Below are positions 12,963 to 26,338 of a DNA stretch of 64,000 nucleotides, piece by piece. Position 1 is the stretch's first letter; every line of letters begins with the position of its first letter. Origin of the DNA: Novakomyces olei (taxonomy: Eukaryota); contig JADEYG010000009.1 in assembly GCA_016906335.1 (NCBI GenBank), positions 372,001 through 436,000 on the forward strand. The letters run 5' to 3'. The notes under the pieces were generated by a model. It did no database searches. It had not been told where the DNA came from and saw nothing but the letters and a program-made list of their open reading frames with translations. Position numbers and translations under genes: made by a program.

Positions 12963-13707
12963 TTGTGGGGCAGAAAAATATAAAGGAGATTAGAACAATC
13001 CTGAAAACCGTGCTTGTCACTTTTTGCCTTGTGAAGAAAGAGAAATTTGCTTGACTTTACACCTTTAATTCTTTCTTTTTGTTTTGGAAATGGCGACTGG
13101 TTATTCTGTCTTGGACCTCAATTTAAAATGATCAATTGATTAAAGTGCCTCACCAATAGAATGCGCTCATATCTGTTGGGTGCCAAATCTTACATTAGCG
13201 ATAAGGATTACTGGCATACACGATAAGCAATATTAAAGCGAGACGATAAGATGCGTTTCTTAAGTAATTGATTGAGCCTTACTTGAAATGACGGCAAGTA
13301 AGTTTGCGGGTCTCACATTGACGATGATTGTGATGCGCCAAAGTCGACGACAACGCGACTCCTGACTAATAGGAAAGTTTGACGATGACTAATCTGCGTT
13401 AAATTGGCAATACAAAGTTGGGTTGAAAGAAAAATGTGCGACGACTAGTTTATGACAATATGGTGCCAATGTCTTTTATAATGATAATTATGAAAAGAGA
13501 TGGTTGACCATACCCGATGATTGATCGCAGGTTGCGTGCGAGCAAAATTCATAAGCACATGAACACGAAGGCGCATACACTGATTAAGAGGTATTTTGCA
13601 TTTGTTTTCTTTAATTAGAGAATAATCAAATCGAATTAACGCTCATTGAACAACTAAATGAACGGGTTAAAGCTAGTTCATATTTCCATATGGCATTACT
13701 ACCAGAG

Positions 13708-14070
13708 TCACTCAAGAACGCATGCGGTCCCGTAAGCACAGACTTCTGTAGCAGTATTATTAGGGTCATTTGACACGTCAAATCTTAAGGCAATAATAGC
13801 ATTAGCTCGAAGGGCAACAGCTTCGCCGATCATGCGGTCAATTGCCTTATTCCGCGAAATGTACATGTTTGATGTTAGGGCACCGAGCTCGCCTCCAGCA
13901 AGAGATTTAATATTAGCCCCAAGATTAGCAAACATATTTCGAGAGCGAACAACAATGCCGTAGACTGTTCCAAGCACAGTAACGACTTTCCGGCCGGGAA
14001 CGTCGTTCATTGTACTCAAAAGCAGTCCGTGCGTGTCGGCCAGTACCAAGTGTCCATGAGGATTAGACAT
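13708..14070 (-). CDS. UPF0145 / YbjQ-family putative heavy-metal-binding protein (120 aa, intronless)
   Basis: LLSTMNDVPGRKVVTVLGTVYGIVVRSRN...KSLAGGEL...SRNKAIDRM...ANAIIALRFD...EVCAYGTA is the YbjQ signature. Likely ATG at 14070. Confidence 0.9.
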   Translation of the reverse strand: MSNPHGHLVLADTHGLLLSTMNDVPGRKVVTVLGTVYGIVVRSRNMFANLGANIKSLAGGELGALTSNMYISRNKAIDRMIGEAVALRANAIIALRFDVSNDPNNTATEVCAYGTACVLE

Positions 14071-15025
14071 TTTTGACAGCTGAAGGCGATCGTTCTGGAA
14101 AGGCAATTGTATGACCGAAAAGCTGTAAATAATCCCCGCTGACAAGATAAGGGCCTCGCCGATTAGAAAAAACTTGACGGCGAGACTACCGTACCCGATT
14201 AAATGATAATCAAAGTCCTTTTGGCTGTAAACAAGTCCCAAACTATTTCGATTGTGGGTAAATTGTCTGCTCCGCACAAATTCCCATAACACGGACCCCT
14301 ACAAAGTTCAGTGCTGATACAGAGTATGATTATATACACATTTTTATCATTTCCCGTGTCTCGATGTGAATATAAAAAAGATCACACTCGCTTTTGCCCC
14401 TCTTTATCTTTCCTCCCCGCTTTGCCGTTTGCGGCATAGCTGCCAATAGACGTTAAAGCAGAGGTATAAGACGCGCAAATAATAAATATTCTTCGCTAAA
14501 CGAGATTATTACAACTTTGGCTATCCGATACGGGATGTATTTCGCTTCAAGATTTGTTCACGGGCCCCGTAAACAAAAGGGGATCCGTCTATTGGTCGAG
14601 CATTAATTTTAGCTTTGCATGTGGTTTTTATTTACCCGTTTTGCTCTTATCCATGTTTAGCCCATACAGTAGCAAAACCAAGCAAGCAAGATGCCGTGCG
14701 ATGGACATGGCAATGCTTTACGTGATAATTCTATGGAATCAACATTGATAAAAAATATCCAAATCAATTGGACTTTTGTGCATAAAGTAAAAGCTGCTAG
14801 TTGGCCTATACCAAACGAAATCTAGCATTATTACAACGCGCCATTGCTCTATAATCATATAAATACAGCGTTATTAAACCGCCTCGTAAATTAGCCATGT
14901 GGGAGACATTTTATTTGATAATAATCTGTCTGATAATAATTCTGTATTACTTTTTCAGCGTCCACCAACGCTGGCCGAGCCTTGGCTTTTCATATAATAA
15001 TTAGGAAGACAGAAGAAAACATACG

Positions 15026-15914
15026 ATGAACCAAATGGCGGCATCAAATACAAAGGCGCGGTCAAAGTACGGATCAGGGCAACTTTGCCAAATTTTGTGT
15101 ATTAATTTCTTCAACTAAGTCATAGGACAAATTCGCCAAAATCAGCAGCGATCCCCAAAGCGTCTCTGCCCGGTCGCGTCCCGCCCAAGAAGAAATCGAA
15201 GACCAACAGATTCGTATTTTACACGATTCTAGCAGCAATTGCTGGGGCAGTGTATTATGTATTAAACGCTTTTGTCTTGTCGCGCTTGTACGTGTTTGAT
15301 CCGAAAGTGCTGCACGAAATTACCGCCAGGCAAGTGTCTGCTCACAGCAACGATACAGATGCATTGATGCGAGGCATTACAAAAGAGCTCCAAGATGTAT
15401 ACGGACCGATTGTAAATGATTACGATCCAAACAAATGGGTAATCAACAACGCTGGCGGTGCAATGGTGAGAACAAGCTGTTTGCAAGTGTTCAAGCACAT
15501 TATTACTAACAAAATTAGGGTTTTATGCATATCCTGCACTCATCCATCTCTGAGTACTTGATTTTTTTTGGGACGCCTATTGGCACTGAGGGGCACACTG
15601 GATTCCATTTGGCTGATGACTACTTTTATATTTTAAAGGGAGAACAATGGACTGCCAACCCTGGCGAACTGACTGCTCGCGTTTACCGGCCTGGAGAGCT
15701 AAATCACTTGGCCCGTGGAAAGGGTGGACAGTATGCGATGCCGGTTGGCGCGCCATGCTGGGCCCTTGAGCTGGCACAGGGCTGGATCCCTGCTATGCTC
15801 CCGTTTGGGTTCTTTGATATGGTGTTTAGCACTCTAGATTTCAGAACTATTTTCCGCACCGTATGGTTCACAGCGGAATCGATGTTTAAAAGCTTTGCCC
15901 AGGGCAAATTTTAG
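15026..15914 (+). CDS. ERG2: C-8 sterol isomerase (sigma1 receptor family), 3 exons
   Basis: [52 protein letters not shown] and an N-terminal TM. The introns restore the frame. Confidence 0.95.
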
Positions 15915-15931
15915 TACTGTGTATGAGCTAT

Positions 15932-16025
15932 ATTAATAATTATTATAATAATTATAATAATAATTATAGTAATAATAATTATAATAATAATTATAGTAAT
16001 AATAATAGGAATAATAATAATAATA
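15932..16025. repeat. Degenerate (AAT)n microsatellite between ERG2 and KRR1
   Basis: Read directly. Confidence 0.9.
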
Positions 16026-16137
16026 AGACGAGACTAAAAAAAAATATTGATAGTTAAAACAGTACGTAGTTTATAAAATATTCGCAACAATCATTTGCAG
16101 AAGTCTAAAAGCCTGTTCACGTGCGTGAAAAGTCGCA

Positions 16138-17408
<1,271 letters not shown>

Positions 17409-18030
17409 ATTGGACGGGTCTCAACGTAATAGTATATGATACCATTTAATTAAATAATACAAAACTGATATCATCAAAATATCTATCGTTTTCGTGAGTT
17501 CCGGAGTAGAGCTTACAAGCAACAATAACGGCTGCATCTGTATAGAAAATACAATAAAATATCATTGTGGTAACACGCACGGTCGACTGTTACGGTAGAA
17601 CGTTAATATGGACGGCTGATGAGATGCGCCACCAGGAAACGTGCATCTATTCCGCTTATAAAATGTATAACAAATATGCCGTTCGATATACGTATTAACC
17701 CTAGCCATTTAAACCCTAAACCTAACAGTGATATATTTTCATCGTTTACATATCCACTTTCCTCGAAATGGAACAGTATAATTTATTTATATAGTATAAT
17801 TTATTTGTTTGTTATCGGAATCGACATCAGATATGAGAAGATATGGCACCTGACAAATACAGGAAAAAAGTCAAACGAAAAATAGTTGTATGCACATGAC
17901 CGACCACATTTCTCCCATGGCCGAGTAGGATAGAAATAAGTCACGAGCCTATTGTCGTCAGCCGTAGATGTTTCCTGGTCCTTTGTGACATACAAATGTA
18001 TGAAACAGAAGTATCTATAATTCAGTAAAA

Positions 18031-18462
18031 ATGTTTTCAAAGTTTTTATCGTTCAGCGCGTGGAACGGCGGTGGTAGTTCAACTGCCGATCTTATTTCGT
18101 CCGGGACGGATACGCTGTCGGAAAGCTGCGTTTCCATTACAGAAAGCAATTTCCCTTTAGGCGCCATGGCTGAGCAAGCGGCACAAGACCAAGATGGACA
18201 GGTGCCGCCTGTGGGAGAAGAGCATTGGCGCTGGCAAAGGGCGCGTTGGACTCGCGGACTCGTCAAGGAAACAACGTCTACAGAACAAAATGACACTACA
18301 ATGCCGCCCTTCAAGGCACGAAGAATTTATGATCTTCTTATTGAGCGACGGAAACCGTTGAAAAAACCCGTTAATCTTTCCCTTGTTATTGAAGTGCTAA
18401 AGGCTGGCTGGGCGACTCAGGACCACGGTATCTGGCATGCTACAGTTTCTGATACCGAATAA
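18031..18462 (+). CDS. Gag1-like clamp (DUF4050) protein
   Basis: VGEEHWRWQRARWT and IYDLLIERRKPLKKPVNLSLVIEVLKAGW match the fungal DUF4050/Gag1 pattern. Confidence 0.75.
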   Translation: MFSKFLSFSAWNGGGSSTADLISSGTDTLSESCVSITESNFPLGAMAEQAAQDQDGQVPPVGEEHWRWQRARWTRGLVKETTSTEQNDTTMPPFKARRIYDLLIERRKPLKKPVNLSLVIEVLKAGWATQDHGIWHATVSDTE

Positions 18463-18580
18463 TGAGATGATTTAGATATGCAGCGGGTGTATTACTGCTC
18501 ATAGCGCTTGAGACCTGTGGCGCTCGCTTGTTATATTATGGACTGCTTCAGACAACTGCGCAGGTATATACTATCGAGGG

Positions 18581-19033
18581 CTACAAAGCATTCGCCATAG
18601 TCTTTGAAGCTTTTGAAGCCTTTGAAGCTTTTGAAGCTTTTGAAGCTTTTGAAGCTTTTGAAGCTTTTGACGCTTTTGAAAAGTCAAGGCTTGAATTGCT
18701 ATAAAGCAACGAGCAGAAGAAACACTTCCAATGCCGCTCAGGAATAGAGTCCAGGACAGAGACTCGTTGTGTCTGTACGGTACTTGTCTTGGGTCTCTGT
18801 AGGGTATATTTTTACCAGCAAAATGCACATTGAAAGTGGGAAATGGCGCTTGGCATTACAGCCATACTCAAAGCCGCACATACGGACCTTTGGATCGATG
18901 CGTGTTGAAACTGGTCCGTGCCAGCAGATCTTTTGGGTATCTGCTGCCGGAACAGAGTCAAACGAGACGAACGGCGCCGTTTACTATAGCCGGTCTGCGC
19001 TTTCAAGTTGCCGGAATGAATGGCTGTTTTCAT
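18581..19033 (-). CDS. Candidate orphan gene, 2 exons (19033-18884, 18796-18581), 121 aa with (SKA)n repeat
   Basis: ATG exon of exactly 50 codons, GTATGT donor, CAG acceptor and an open 72-codon second exon. The branch point is weak and no homology is recognised. Confidence 0.3.
18602..18680. repeat. 9-bp minisatellite (TTTTGAAGC)n, about 9 copies
   Basis: Read directly. It encodes (SKA)n or (QKL)n on the minus strand. Confidence 0.95.
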
Positions 19034-19229
19034 TGGCTATTTACGCCTGGAGCACGCAATTATCCAGCAAAACTAGATACTCTTTTGTACATAGCCAATA
19101 TAAATGCGGTCAGTAATGAATTAATAACTGTTCGACGCTCTAATTTAAACCAAATGCTCTTTTTCTAGACTCAATGGCCTCTTTTATCCCGATACTTGTG
19201 CAATTCTGCCATTAAACGGTCTCCACACG

Positions 19230-19645
19230 TTACCGTTCTGCCACAAGCTCTAGTGTATCTTGGATAACTTGAATATCCTGCTGCAAAAGCTCAGCCCAGT
19301 TTTGTAAATCACCAATTTCCTTCCATTTATGCTCGATACTCAAAGCGAGCTGCGAATAGCTCTTCGTGTTTTTCTCAACCGAATGAGCTATTGACTTCAA
19401 CTCACTGTACTGTTTTTGTATGACATCAACATTGCCAGATATGGGGGCAGAACTGGAGTGGATTCAGTAAGGTTTGGCTTGAATCCTTACGCGTCAGCCT
19501 CATAGGCTTGAATAGATCTCGCCAACCGGTCCGTCATGCAAGAGCTCTGAGCTGCTTCTAATACGTGGAGCCATACAATAAAATAATAAAAAGTAATATT
19601 TAAATTATTGAGATTATTATCATAAAAACTACGTATAAACGACAT
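19230..19645 (-). CDS. BLOC1S1: BLOC-1 subunit 1 (BLOS1/GCN5L1 family); start uncertain (19645 or 19537); absent from ORF track as a whole
   Basis: A 38-nt intron (19490-19453) gives ...IEHKWKEIGDLQNWAELLQQDIQVIQDTLELV, matching the BLOS1 motif LKEIGDVENWA..IE.D...I...LE. Confidence 0.8.
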
Positions 19646-19864
19646 AATAGTCTTTGAGCACACGCTCTGACAGTAATAATCCTTACAGTAATAACCCCAC
19701 ATTGGCTTTGAACTTTAGAGAAATAACCCTATTTTGGTTTAAACTAGAGATCAATAGCATCTTGAACCGGTAAATACCCTGGTAATATAGGTCAAAAAAT
19801 ATGGGTTATAGCAATGATCTTTTTCTAATTCATTCTATAAATCTCATACAATACAGGCCTTTGT

Positions 19865-21580
19865 TTAAGCGCTCTTCCAGGCCTTGATAGCATCGCTCAA
19901 AATTCCCATTCCTTCCTCAACTACCTGAGCCGGGATCGTTAGAGGCGGTACGATACGCAGGGTGTTGTTTCCAGCTGTCAGTACCAATAAGCCACGTTCT
20001 CTGCAAGCCGCCACAATCCCACTCGGATCGCGTTTGAACTGAATGCCTAGTAAAAGCCCACGGCCGCGAATCTCTTCCACAACATCTTCGTTTTCTTTAA
20101 GAATTGCACTAAATTGCTCCTTAAACAGCCGTGAAATTTGCTCTACATGCGTGAGCAAGTCTTTGGAGGCTAGTCTTTCAAACACATGAGATCCGATACG
20201 ACAGGCTAAGGGATTTCCACCAAAAGTAGTTCCGTGATCGCCTGCCTTTATGCAATCGGCTACATACTGGCCCACGAGAATTGCACCGATCGGGAAGCCA
20301 TTAGCCAATGGCTTGGCCATAGTCAAAATATGGGGATGAGCTGATTTAGGGAAGGCTTCATGTGCCCAAAGTTTCCCAGTGCGACCAAGTCCGCACTGAA
20401 TCTCATCATAGATCAACACTGCCTTTACTTGATCACAGCGTTTACGTAGGGCCACCATAAAATCATGATCGGCTTCGAAAACCCCGCCTTCGCCTTGAAC
20501 AGGCTCAACAATAACACCGGCAGTTTTCTCCGTTACTAGGCCTTCGAGAGCCTCAATGTTATTGAGCTCGCCTACATGGAAATCGGGAACCATTGGACTA
20601 AAGGGCTCCTGGTACTTGGCATTAGGCGTCGCTGATAGGGCGCCAAAAGTGCGACCGTGGAATGAGTTTTTGAAGCTAACAATCCCAGTTTTATCAGCGC
20701 TGATCTGGCGCCCGTGCTTTCTTGCAAATTTAAGCGCTCCTTCGTTTGCTTCAGTACCGGAATTAGAGAAAAAGACTTTGCTTGCTTCCTGCATCGCCCC
20801 GTGCTCCAGTGTTGTTTCCACGATTTTACGTGCTAAATCACCGGCCCATAGATTATGATACAAGTTTGAAGAGTGGACCAGTTTAGCCGCCTGTTCACCC
20901 GCTAAAGCTGCCACCTCCTCGTCTCCATGACCAAGTGCCGTTACAGCAATTCCCGCTGTAAAATCGATAAATTTTCTGTACATCAGTAAGCGGCTCAGCA
21001 AAGTTGTACGGCGAACGGGTCACGCCTATTATTTTATTGTTGCACTGGTTCAGCAGTCGAATATTGCATGAAATTCGTAGAGGTCAGCATGGCAAATGGA
21101 CCAACCTGGGTCTCATCGAGATCAGTCTGCCTCTATCTTTTCTTCCCCGTTCCGCCTGATCCCTTATTGACTTTGACCCAAGGACTCGTGCAGCCTTGCT
21201 TTCCCGTATTTACGAATATATTCTTTTGCCACCCCTCCATCCATCCATCCATCTATCTATCTATCCACTTACCGCTCCTCCAAGTCCCAAAGGTACGGGC
21301 CTTTGCCGCGCACGAGTACAATGGGATTACGCACGTATGTAGTAAGCGAGTAAGGCTCATACTCGCGGATCCATTTACCCGTCTTTGACCCGGGCGAAGG
21401 GTCTGCGTGCGATAATGGTACAGGATCCTGCTTGTCAGTGACACAATTATTTACTTTGCCTACATTAGCTGATGAAGGCTCGGCAGCACCCGACCCAGTG
21501 CCGAGAGCCCGGAGACGTTGGCCGTTAAGGCTCCGCGAGGCCGCTCGCAGTGGCAAGACGCGGCGAATGCTCGACCGCAT
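19865..21580 (-). CDS. ARG8: Mitochondrial acetylornithine aminotransferase (2 exons)
   Basis: Presequence, IDFTAGIAVTALGH, NSGTEANEGALKFARK, DEIQCGLGRTG, TMAKPLANG (PLP Lys) and GDHGTTFGGNPL. Confidence 0.96.
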
Positions 21581-21828
21581 TGTTACCTCGTAATCGTCGT
21601 AGTCGACACTAATTATTTTAAATCTTCATGTGCCCATACAAATATTTATTATACGAGTATTTAATCAGGTGTGGATCTGCCTTATAATTTTTCGTCTCTT
21701 ATCTACAGAATAATATGTATCCAGAAAATATCGCCATCTCAATCTAATCTATGATGGGTCTATATTAAAGCCTCTGCCATTATTGTTATTAATTAACCAT
21801 TACTAGTCTCGATACGCAAGCAAACGTA

Positions 21829-21965
21829 TATAAATATATAAAATATATAAAATATATAAAATATATAAAATATATAAAATATATAAAATATATAAAATAT
21901 ATAAAATATATAAAATATATAAAATATATAAAATATATAAAATAATATATAAAATATATAATTAT
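21829..21965. repeat. (AAAATATAT)n minisatellite in the ARG8/VPS39 divergent promoter
   Basis: About 14 copies read directly, ending about 28 nt before the VPS39 ATG. Confidence 0.95.
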
Positions 21966-21992
21966 AGGACAGAACTACCCCCATTCAATGTA

Positions 21993-24900
21993 ATGTTGGA
22001 CGCGTTCGAATGGACGCAGATCCTCTCTGTCGGTCCCACACGCAAAATCACAGCTGCCGCCGCCACTTCCGATGGCTCTACAATATACGTGGCAGAATCC
22101 GACTATCGGTTTTCGCGGTGGCAACAGCGGGAAAACCAGTTCATTGAGACCGGATCGCAATCAGCTCTTTTAAACTCGCGTGTAAACGCACTCTACCTGC
22201 TCGACACAATCGATCGCGTGGTAGTGAGACAGGGTAAAGCAGTGTGCAAGCTATCGGGGTTTTGGTATTTTTCCAGCCGTTACCGCCAAAGTCCTTTATT
22301 TATTTATTTATGTATCTATTTATTTAATCAGCTTGTAATCGGCCAATGCTAATGCGAACAGACAAACAAATCCTTTTGGTGGACGCATCGAAACTGGAAC
22401 GGGTTGGAGTCATTTATGAAGGGCACAGTATAAATGCCGCGGCAGTATTCGCCGAGACAGGCGATTATTGGGTCGCGATTGGGGTGAAGAACATAGTGCA
22501 CATTTTCCACTGGCAATCGCCAAAGTTTGTACCCCTCTGTACTCTGCAAGTGCCCGACAAAATAAGCAGCTTCAGTTTTATTAATGCTAAAACTGTCGTT
22601 GCTGGGATGACACAGGGCTTTAGTTTTTGTGATATTCCGTCACGTACTGTGTCTCCGCCCGTTAGTGTTTCGCGTAACAAAACCCCTACTGGCCTCACCG
22701 GGTTCGGCGTCGGGTTAGGGTATAGGCTCTGGTCTCCGGAGCCTTACGCTCTACCTTTAGGGCACAACCATGTCTTGCTGGTGCGTGATACTATGAATGT
22801 GACTACTGACGCGTCTGGACGCGTGCTGCCAGAGCAACGGGCTGTGCAGTGGCGAGGAGCGCCTTTGGATTTGGTGTACTGCAGGCCATATATAGTCGGC
22901 TCCTTTGCAGACGGACTCGAGGTACGTGACGTGGCACGGCGAAGACTGGTACAAAAGTTGCCAATCAAGGGGGCTTTACTGGCGTTGAATGGTACAACGC
23001 TGCTCGTATGGGACACACACATCGTCTGGAAAGTGTGCCAAAAGCCCTTGTCTTTCCAGGTATTTTTTGTACACTTTTATTTTGAGTTTTAGTGCGCACG
23101 AGTACTCGTATATTGTATACTGAGCTGTCTAACGTTAGATTGATGCGCTTCTTGATCAAGGCAAGACAGACGAAATACTTGGCATTCTCCAGTATTTTGA
23201 CGCGGACGAGATGGACGCGGTACGGCCCCGTGTGAATAGAGCACGGTTTCAACAGGCAGTTGAGCGGTTCAATAGAGGACATTTCCAGAGAGCTATTGAT
23301 GCGATGATAGAGATACGAGCGACCCCTGAAAAAGTCTTGAGCCTCTACCCCGAAAACTTGTGTGATGACGGGTCGCTTGAGCAAGACGCGAGAGAGAAAC
23401 AGAAGCAGCAGCAGCAGCTACTTCGTTCGACTGCTTCGTTCACCACGCTTTCTTCGCAGATCAGTGAGGGCGGGTCAGTACTGTCTAGGGCAGACAGCAT
23501 GCAATCGTTCTCTGACAGCTCTGTCCGTGGAGGTAAGTTTTATTTGTATATGTTTTATATTTGTATTTGTTTAATATTTGTATATGTTTAATATTTGTAT
23601 ATGTTTTATATTTGTATATGTTTTATATTTGTATATGTTTTATATTTGTATTTGTTTTATATTTGTTTTTATATTTGTATATGTTTTATATTTGTATATG
23701 TTTTATATTTGTATTTGTTTTATATTGTATATGTTTTATATTTGTATTTGTTTTATATTGTATTTGTTTTATATTGTATTTGTTTTATATTGTATTTGTT
23801 TTATATTGTATTTGTTTTATTTTGTATTTGTTTTATTTTGTATTTGTTTCATATTTGTACATGTTTAGAGTTCCAACACGCAGGTGGCCGTGCATTCAAA
23901 AAAGCAGTAAGAGCGCTCGTCCCCTACTTGACGGACGCGAGACGGTGGTACTCGGCAGAGCTTAAATACACAGGGCAGAATGGCACTGAACGGCCCTCAG
24001 CCAGCACGGACAGTCAGGCAGTCGCGGCCATACTGAGCCTGGTGGACACGTACCTCTTTCGTAGCTACGCAATAATCAGCCCTGGGCTCATTGGTCCACT
24101 AGTGCGAATCAAAAACTACTGCGATCCCGGTGTGGTTGAAGAGTTTCTTAGCCTGAACCATCGGTACAGAGACCTGGTGGACTTTTATTATGGCCGCCGA
24201 CTTCACGCGAAGAGCCTGAATCTGCTAGAGGATCTATTCCACGGCAGTGATAAGCTCACCACGGGCAACGAGGAGTCGGATGCGTATATAAACAGTGGCA
24301 GTGGCAGAGAGAACAGCAGTTTTCATACACTCGCTCCAATGGTAGCGTACTTGAAACGGCTCGGAGGAGAAGACATAGGCCTCTTGCTCTCCCATCTGGA
24401 GACAGTCTATGCCGACGGCGACGGGACGCTGGTCATGGATATCCTACTCAACGACAGTGCTGAAGCAGAGTCCCTGCCCTTTGACAAAGTTGTAGACTGG
24501 CTCAGCAGGAGGGACACTGGGCTGGCGATCGAGTATGCTCGTCATGTGCTCAGTTCACGAGACGAAACCTGTCCTGCATTGCATACAACACTGGCAGTCT
24601 TGTACCTTTCACAGCTGCTAAACTTGAAAAGGCATGGTGGCTCAAACCAGCGTCCTCCGAGATCTGAACGAGTGGGTAATGCGACAGCAAACGGTTCAAG
24701 CGAGTCGGACAGGGAGCAAACGGCGATTAGAAATATAGACAGAGGCAATCCTGATAAACAGCCAGAAAAAAGCCCAGAAAATTTAAGCAAAAATGAAGCA
24801 GGCAATATTGAATCAAGCAAAACTGAATCAGGCGACACTGCTCTGCAGCATCATGATACAGTTAAAGCCGAGTTGTTTGCGTTCCTGGAAAGCTCTTCGT

Positions 24901-25663
24901 ACTATGATGCAAAGCAAATAATGCGGAAAATTGGTGAATTGTTTGGGCCAAACGGCGATGATTACGACGATTTACGCGCTCTTCTGTACGCACGACAAGG
25001 AAGAATGGAAAAAGCGCTAGTGCTAATCGTTTTTCGCCTTGAAAACTCGGAGAAACTAGCAGAAAGATGTTGTTCACTCTGGATACATCCTGCTAATACC
25101 GAGGCTAAAAGATCAGCTTTTCAGCTACTTTTAGCGCTTTATTTGACTCCAGAGAAGTTTGCTCCTTCGTCTCCATCAAATTCTGGTGCTAGTTTCCATA
25201 AAAACGTGCAGGCGGCTATTACCATTCTTTACAAGTACAGTACATTTATCGATGCCAACCAAGCAATGGCTTTAATGCCGGCCTCTGTTGCTGTTTCCAA
25301 TTTGAGTCGATTTATCAAGGAGAAAATAGAGAAAAAAGTGTCGGAAAATCTGAATGCAAAGACTGCTACGGCGCTTTCTTCGATCCGATCAATTGAGCTA
25401 CAGAACAAACTGGTGGATGCTCAATCACGTGGGTATCGTGTGACCCGGGAGCAAACGTGTCCTTCTTGTCATAAGCGACTGGGACAAAGTGCGCTATCTA
25501 TATTCCCCGAGTAAGCGTTCTCTTTGATTTAGTTTTGTAATTATTGATTGCTGTGCTAACCTCGTTCTTTTTGGGTTTTGGCGGGTACAGTGGAACTACG
25601 GTACATTATGGATGCCAAAAGCAGTTTGCCGCTGCCAACGGTGAAAAAGGCTTATTATTTTGA
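21993..25663 (+). CDS. VPS39: HOPS subunit Vps39/Vam6 (CNH domain, Vps39 domains, C-terminal Zn finger), 5 exons
   Basis: MLDAF start, LVDTYLFRSY..LIGPLVRIKNYCDP, YRDLVDFYYGRRLHAKSLNLL, and CPSCHKRLGQSALSIFP|DGTTVHYGC. Introns at about 22233-22360, 23060-23138, 23533-23868 and 25512-25590. Confidence 0.92.
23540..23860 (+). repeat. Intronic compound minisatellite (TTTGTATATGTTTTATA grading to TTGTATTTGTTTTATA)
   Basis: Fills VPS39 intron 3 and explains the spurious YICICF ORFs. Confidence 0.95.
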
Positions 25664-26338
25664 CTTTTGCGAACGGGAAGATTTAATCTTTTGTAAATAT
25701 GATCAGCCAAGACTGCGAGATGCTACGCAGACGAGCAGGGTACTTCTTTAGCCGTTATCGGTCTATAATTGAATGGGCACTAGGTGCTAATAGTTGGCGT
25801 TAGCTATAAAGGAAGAATATCAAATGTACAGCCTTGATGACTAATTTCTTTTGTCGGTCTTGCGTGGAATCAAATGCGTTGTTCAAATAGAAATGAAACA
25901 AAAATAGTATGATTCAGGATTCTGTATGTATTCTTGGTATCGCTCAGTTCTGCTAATCATACGTAAATTGTATATAAATGTATGAAGCTGATCCTGTTTA
26001 GAGCATTCACATTTTGCTATTTGCTCTGCAAGCCATTGCGGATCACGTACCCAGCCTTTGCGACTTTGCCTCATACTTGAGGTCGCGATAAGCATGATAT
26101 AGTGGCCGTAGACGGTGATTAGGGTTATGGTTAATGCTTACTTGCACGATAGGCAATCAATCGTGCAAACGACAAATATAAATCGATCATCGTATTATAG
26201 ATTATATTAAATAAGCACGTGTATAGCTAGCTATTTTTTTCTTATTATTCATTTATTTTTTATCTATTTATTTTTTATTCATAATTTATTATTTATTTAT
26301 TTGTAAAATACAAAAAGCCAAGGCCAAGTTTTCAGCGT

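Noticed and set aside
14496..14503. Upc2-type sterol element (TCGTTTAG on the minus strand) upstream of ERG2
   Set aside because: A single 8-mer 520 nt upstream cannot be distinguished from chance without conservation data.
23561..23965. ORFs with YICICFIFV repeats
   Set aside because: Translations of the intronic satellite in VPS39 intron 3.
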